A DNA stretch of 64,000 bases. Origin: Octopus vulgaris. Its lineage: Eukaryota. A model generated the notes under the pieces. The model saw only the letters and a list, made by a program, of their open reading frames with translations. It was not told the origin of the DNA and ran no database searches. Each line of letters begins with the position of its first letter. The first letter of the stretch is position 1. The position numbers and the translations under genes are program-made. Positions 58,015 through 64,000 of the stretch are shown in pieces. The DNA lies in contig OX597816.1 in NCBI GenBank assembly GCA_951406725.2, positions 93,186,001 to 93,250,000 on the forward strand, read 5' to 3'.

Positions 58015-61000
58015 GTGGATTACATTTATGTTGGTTGTTTAAATGTGCGCGGCCTGGGATCAAGCTGGAAGCAAGGCCGTTTCCTTAATGATATCAGGTC
58101 GCGTAATTTGGATGTTATTGTTGCTACAGAAACCCGGTTAGAGGGACCAAGAGGTCTACTCCCGCTGTTTGACGGCTACGAGAGTTTTTTCTCTCCGGCC
58201 AGTCCTACCGGCGGGGGTGGGGGTGTTGGTCCTATTAAAAAGAAACCGGGTTTTTGAGAAAAAGTTAATTTTTTCAGATCCAGAAGGTAGGCTGGTCGTC
58301 ATGGATTTGACGTTCAGTAACGGTAAAGTTATCAGACTGGTTGCAATTTACGCACCCAACCAAAAGATGCAAAGTGATTATTTTCGAGAGCTAGAGAAGT
58401 TTCATGGTACTTCACATTCATTAGTTGTGCTAGGAGACTTTAACACAATTTGCAAACCGGATGTAGATTGTGTTGGCTTGCGTCCAGATAGAAAAGGCAA
58501 CATCGGCTTCCTGGAACTGCTAAGCCGCTTTGAGCTAGCAGATCCTTATAGGTTGGAATTTCCGAACGCCCCATTGTGGACATGGTCAAGCAGCGACGGA
58601 TCTTCCAGGTCATACATTGATAGGATACTAATTAGAAAAGTAGACAGAAAAATAGCTAAGTGTCCAGTTTTACCTGGTCAGCTACAGTGATCATAAAATG
58701 GTCACTTATAAGCTTGACATAGATAAGGTTAATAATAGAGGCTCCGGTTATTGGAAACTTAATACGTCCCTTTTGACGATTAAGGAGTACAGAGACCGGA
58801 TTAGTGCTATAATTCAGAGGGCGCTATCTGGTGCCATCATTAATAACAAATGGTGGTATGCCCTCAAGCAAGCCATCAAATTCGAGTCTATTAGATATAG
58901 CATAGGATTAGTGGCTAGAGAGGCTAGGAGGGAATTAACTCTAGTTAAGGAATTAGAGGAAGCCTTGAAAACTGGCTCTGCGGCTCAGGTGACGGCCAAG
59001 AGACTGGCGTTAAACCAGCACCTCGAGGCCAAACACATGGGCTGCATTGTCAGGGCTAGGATCCGCGCAATGGGTTGTGAAGGAATCAACGCCGTGAGAT
59101 GGGCCCGAGTGGTGGAAGCTCAGCGTGGTAATGATGCCACAATTCGATCTTTGATGAACCAACAAGGTAAGTTGATAAACGAAGCCGAGGAGATGTGTGA
59201 GGCCTTTCAGGAGCACTTCGCTCAGCTTTTCGGTGGGGGCAGCGGACTGAATAGAAGGAGGGTCTTTACAGACCTCCTCGACGGGCTGCCGCGCCTATCG
59301 GGGCGAGATGCGGAGGGCTGTGAGGGGCCAATCACTCCTGAGGAGGTGGTTGAGGCGATGGCGTTCTGCGGCGTGGGCAAGGCGCCGGGTTTGGATCGTC
59401 TACCCTATGAGTTATATAAGAGTATGCCAGACTTGTTCGGTCACCTACTGACGGAGGTCTATGCGAACTGGCAGCAGAACGGGCTTATACCCAGATCTGT
59501 GCGCCGGGGAGTAGTGACACTTGTCAGAAAGGACCCGAGCAAGGGGAAGTGCATTGATAGTTTCAGGCCCATCACTCTGCTAAACACAGAGTTGAAGATT
59601 TTGGCCAAAGTGTTATCGAAAAGATTGGCGCGTGTCGCAGATGGTCTGATCCGGGAGGCACAGACATGTGCCGTTCCCGGTAGATCCATTCAGGATAATC
59701 TCCATCTTATGCGGTACACTATAGAGGGGTTTAATAGTGATTCTGACAAGGGTGGGACACTGGTCCATTTAGACCAATCTAAAGCATTCGACAGGGTCGA
59801 CCATCGCTACCTGGTGTCTGCCCTGGCACAGTTCGGGCTGGGCCTTGGCTTCCTCAGGTGGATTATCCAAATTTATGATAACATCGACTCGGTAGTTCGG
59901 GTGAACGGCTTCTTTTCGAGGCCGTTCAACATCAAGCGCTCGGTTCGTCAAGGGTGTCTGCTCTCTCCGCTTTTGTACGTGGTGGCTCTTGAGCCACTAC
60001 TGCGAAAACTGAGCGGCATCCCGAGACAGCCAGGTTGTGGAAAATCGGTGTCAGCTTACGCGGATGACATCACCATCATCGTAACCGAAATGGATCACCT
60101 ACAGAGGGTAGGCAAGGCCATAGAGGTTTACGAGACGGTGACAGGAGCAAAGATTAATCGTGAAAAGTCAGTCGGCTTGCAGCTCGGCACCTGGAGAGGC
60201 AAGTCGATGCCTCCTGACAGCATCGTGGGACGTTGGATGGAGGGTCCGATTAAGTTGCTATGGGTTTGGTTCGGACCAGACCTCCAAATAGAGAAGAACT
60301 GGGGCGAGGTATCGAGCCTGGTCTTGGCGGTGGCTATCCCTGAAAGGAAGGGTGGAGGTAGCCAATGTGTTTATCGCATCGGTTATCACCTACCGCCTAT
60401 CCGTCGTTCCTTGCCCTGATTCGTGGTTGATCAAGTTGGAAAGACAGCTCTTCTACTTCTTGTGGAAGGGCGGGAAACCACTTGTGAAACGCTCTACTTG
60501 CTGTCAACAACCGTTAAAGAGTGGACTAGGGATACCTTGGCTGATGATGCAGACATGCGCTGAGGTTAAGACATCTGTAGCTCTACCTGGATGGTGAACG
60601 GGTGTGGTCTCCGCTAGCAAAACTGATGTTTCCCAAGTTCACTAGTTTCGGTGGATGGGAAACCTGGCTGAATCGTAGATCGAAACTGGGCACATGGTGC
60701 ACGAAGTGTCGCAAGGCTCTCCTGCTATTCCGTCGCTCGGGCAACGCCTGCGGTTGGGGTTCCACCACATTCTTCTATAGGGGGTTGGTAGAGGCGGAAT
60801 GTGAAGATACCTTAGGGGAAGCCCTAGGTCTCGACGATAACCAGCTGGCCAGTCTGTTCCAACGTACATTCGGGCCGAAGACCCTGGACAACTTCCAGAA
60901 GTCTCTGGCATGGCAGTGTTACAGAGGAGCTCTACCTGTTCGGGATAAACTCGCAAGGCACGGTGGCCAAGACAGTCCGATATGTCCAAGATGCGAGCGG

Positions 61001-61384
61001 GATAGGGAAACCGTCCCGCACGCTATTGTTCATTGTTCGGTCGTGTCAGAGGTGTGGGTTTATGCCGAACAGCTGTTGTCAAGCACACGAAGAGTACAGC
61101 TGTTGAATGAGTCTATTATAAAAATTGACCCACCAGATTTCCTCGCGAAAGAAGGTAAGAATTGTTTTCTCGTTGTAGTAGCAATTGCGAAAGAGGTGAT
61201 TTGGAAGACTAGGATGAAAGGTTTACGGTCAGGTAAGTTCATCTCCGGCCCTGGATTGATGAATTACTTCATCTTTCACCTAAAAAGGAAGATAGGACTG
61301 GAGAGAAAATGCCTGACTAAGAGAGTGTATGAAGAACGATGGAAGGATGTAGCACGAAAGTTGCGAGTGGATGATACCACATAA
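58015..61384 (+). pseudogene. LINE ORF2 (AP endonuclease, reverse transcriptase, zinc-binding), frameshifted
   Basis: APE: CLNVRGL, ATET, AIYAPN, LGDFN, YIDRI, SDH. RT: KAPGLD, FRPITLLN, DQSKAFDRVDH, SVRQGCLLSPLLY, AYADD. C-terminal CPRC..ETVPHAIVHC. Split over five ORFs. Confidence 0.93.
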
Positions 61385-61794
61385 ATGTAAAACTAGACGA
61401 AACCAAAGTATCAGTGGGGAGGCGGGGCTCGTGGGGTCCGAGCTAAATCCGCTCCCACTCCATCCGTAATGTCTTCCGGTCTGTTCTTCATTCGATTTTA
61501 TATTTGTAGTTTTTGAATTTTTAAAACTCATCTTTGTATAACCCCATTCGTGTATCTGACCCCACATCAGATTGTATTGTCCCCTCTATGTTCGCCCCTA
61601 GTGGGTAATAATAAAACAATTATTTAATATCTATTATTTATATTATTATTCTTAAATATTTGACGTTACATTTAAACTAAATTTCAATTACAATTGTGTA
61701 ACGTACAACAATTTAATTAAAAATCTAAAGTATCGTATTTTAACCAATTAATATTATATATTTTGTATGACTAAGTGCTAATATAATTATAATT

Positions 61795-62383
61795 ATATCG
61801 TTGTATTTAGGAATGGTCATTTTGCCAGTTTAGCCAATAAAAAACACACGCACTATATATTTGGTGTTACTTTACTTCAGCGTTATTTACTTTTTACATT
61901 AATCTTAATCTTATTTCGGCCAGAGTTTTTTCGTCACACTTCTGTGACCTCATGAGTGGTCCTTTGCTGTCTTCTTTCTTATTATAATAATAATAAGTAG
62001 TTGTAAACACATGAGCAAAATAAAAATAAACAAAAACAAATTACACGAACGTATATAAACAGGAGATACAAATATTACAGGCACTTCCCCAAACACACAC
62101 TAACTAAACATAGACACACATAGAGGTATGCGCAAATGAAGACACATACAATAGGAATACAAAATGGCTGACCGTTAGTAAAGAGAAACACACAAATAAG
62201 AAAGAAGAAATCAAAGGACCACTGATGAGGTCACAGAAGTGTGACGAAAGAACTCTGGCCGAAATAAGATTAAGATTACTGTAAAAAGTAAATAACGCTG
62301 AAGCAAAGTAACACCAAATATATAGTGCGTGTGTTTTTTATTGGCTAAACTGGCAAAATGACCATTCCTAAATACAACAATAT
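61795..62383. repeat. Inverted repeat with ~190-bp arms and ~210-bp spacer, PLE pLTR-like
   Basis: 61795-61983 is the reverse complement of 62195-62383 with scattered mismatches. Confidence 0.88.
62216..62260 (+). ncRNA. Minimal type I hammerhead-like motif, partly degenerate
   Basis: GGACCA-CTGATGA-G-GTCACA(GAAG)TGTGAC-GAAA-GAAC-TC-TGGCC; the mirror arm has the core mutated to CTCATGA. Confidence 0.55.
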
Positions 62384-63141
62384 CTTGTTTCAATACACGA
62401 TTTCACATCAAAAATCATGCAAAACAAATATATAAATATAATTATATCTTTATCTAAAAAAACATTCATGAGTTTTCATACTTTATAAATAAGGTTTAGT
62501 TTATTTACTAAAGAATCTAATCTTAACTTATCTTATTAATTAAACAATTTATCCTGTTTGCATATAATTTTTCGTTCGTTCTGGGCATTGAGCAATATTG
62601 TTTTGGCTTTTAAGATTTCCAAAAATTCCTTGCATTTTTATTCATTACATTTTTACTCCTTAAATTTTTAACATTCAGTTATTATTTTTTATTTATTATT
62701 GGTATTTCTATTCATTTGTATATGTTAAGGAAGATTACATTGAAGGTATAGAGTATCATGGAGGTATATAAGAGGTAGGGGTAGTGAAAAATGTTGAGGA
62801 ATCCAAACCTGAAGATTGGGAGTATGTCGACCCGATTAAGTATTGAAACTAGATACCTCGTATCTAATCAATACCGACATACTTTCATGAAATAGTGTAG
62901 TCTTATAAACGGAAAATACTGCATTCAGAATAGATAAAGTTAATATAATATTTAGCATTTTATGGAGTGGTTGGGTATAAAATCTTTCAGTGTTGATTAA
63001 GTTGAAGGTGGTTCTGTCTCTAAAACTACTTATATATATACGAATTAAACATTTAGAGATGTTCATTTTAGTACATCTAATTTGAATGTCTTTTTCCTGT
63101 CTTCTCAGAAGTAATATTCCCTGATAATCCTAATAATTATA

Positions 63142-63187
<46 letters not shown>

Positions 63188-63203
63188 TGTGTGTGTGTAC
63201 ATA

Positions 63204-63241
<38 letters not shown>

Positions 63242-64000
63242 CATACATACATATGTGCGTGAGTGTATATATATCATCATCATTTAGCATCTGCTTGTCA
63301 TGCTCGTATGGATTAGACAGTTTGACTAGAACTGGTAAACTGAAGAGCTGTACCAAGTTCGAATCTGATTTGGCATGTTCTAGTCTGATTATACATACAC
63401 ACATGTATAATGTTATAATAAAAACTATAAGTCTTGTTAAATACAGCTACTCAGGGTTTCCTTTTTTAAGCTGAGAACAAGACCAGTTGTCTTTTGAGCA
63501 GATGACGTTTAAACAAGAGGTGCTGATAAGGATGAAAACAAGAAAACACAAGAGAGATAACCAGCATTACAATGAATCAATGACAAGCAGATGCAAAGAG
63601 GTTAATGGTTTATTATGTGTCTAGTGGCCTATTTTTTTAATTCCACAAGATGCATTTCTTAAAACGTGTGCATGCAAATAAAAATGTATCTTAAAATATA
63701 GAAAAATGTCTATGTCCACATTTTACTCTCTGACTAACCTTCCTTTCTTGCTCAACTGGAATATTCATGTATTTACTCTATGGCAAGATACCTATTACTA
63801 TCCTTCTATACTTCTAATATTTCATCAACTGGCACAAAGTCACCACCCCATCACTACTATTCCCTCCTCCCAGCTGAGAGGGTTTTTGTCTTGAAACTTG
63901 CTTGGTGACCTGTCAGTGGTGATGCCCTGTAAAAAGCACTGGTAATAGTGTCACATAAAAAGTATTCAGTACATTCTGTAAAGTAGTTGATGTTAAGAAG

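Larger units (their letters stand above)
57275..61618 (+). mobile_element. L1/Tx1-type LINE, 5'-truncated
   Basis: ORF1 remnant with zinc knuckle, ORF2 with APE, RT and CCHC, 3' UTR ending AATAATAAAAC. The 5' boundary is approximate and no TSD was found. Confidence 0.9.
56310..63030. mobile_element. Non-autonomous long-TIR element, Polinton/Maverick-like termini
   Basis: About 380-bp TIRs (56310-56693 and 62650-63030); left end AGTTTTAGAGACAG, right end CTGTCTCTAAAACTACT (AGTAGT on the minus strand); TATATA on both sides. Confidence 0.7.

Overview
Eukaryotic, AT-rich, repeat-saturated intronic or intergenic DNA. The SINE families, RTE tails and very dense microsatellites suggest an octopus or other coleoid cephalopod (inference). 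No intact host gene is evident, and most long ORFs in the track are translations of simple repeats. Supported content: three decayed mariner transposons, one split by a young 2.75-kb non-autonomous Gypsy-type LTR element (tRNA-Trp PBS, PPT, 4-bp TSD); a 5'-truncated L1/Tx1 LINE with a near full-length but frameshifted ORF2; RTE, R4/Dong and Penelope-like (GIY-YIG) remnants; piggyBac and Tigger MITEs; many SINEs; and a 4.76-kb (TA)n tract. Three structures stand out. (1) A 1.24-kb near-perfect palindrome with a minimal hammerhead-ribozyme motif in each arm and, at its apex, an exact 30-bp copy of sequence lying 10.7 kb upstream. (2) A series of further fold-back elements, several beside (TA)n tracts and some with hammerhead-like cores. 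(3) A Polinton/Maverick-like shell with ~380-bp TIRs and no viral genes, enclosing the Tx1 LINE.
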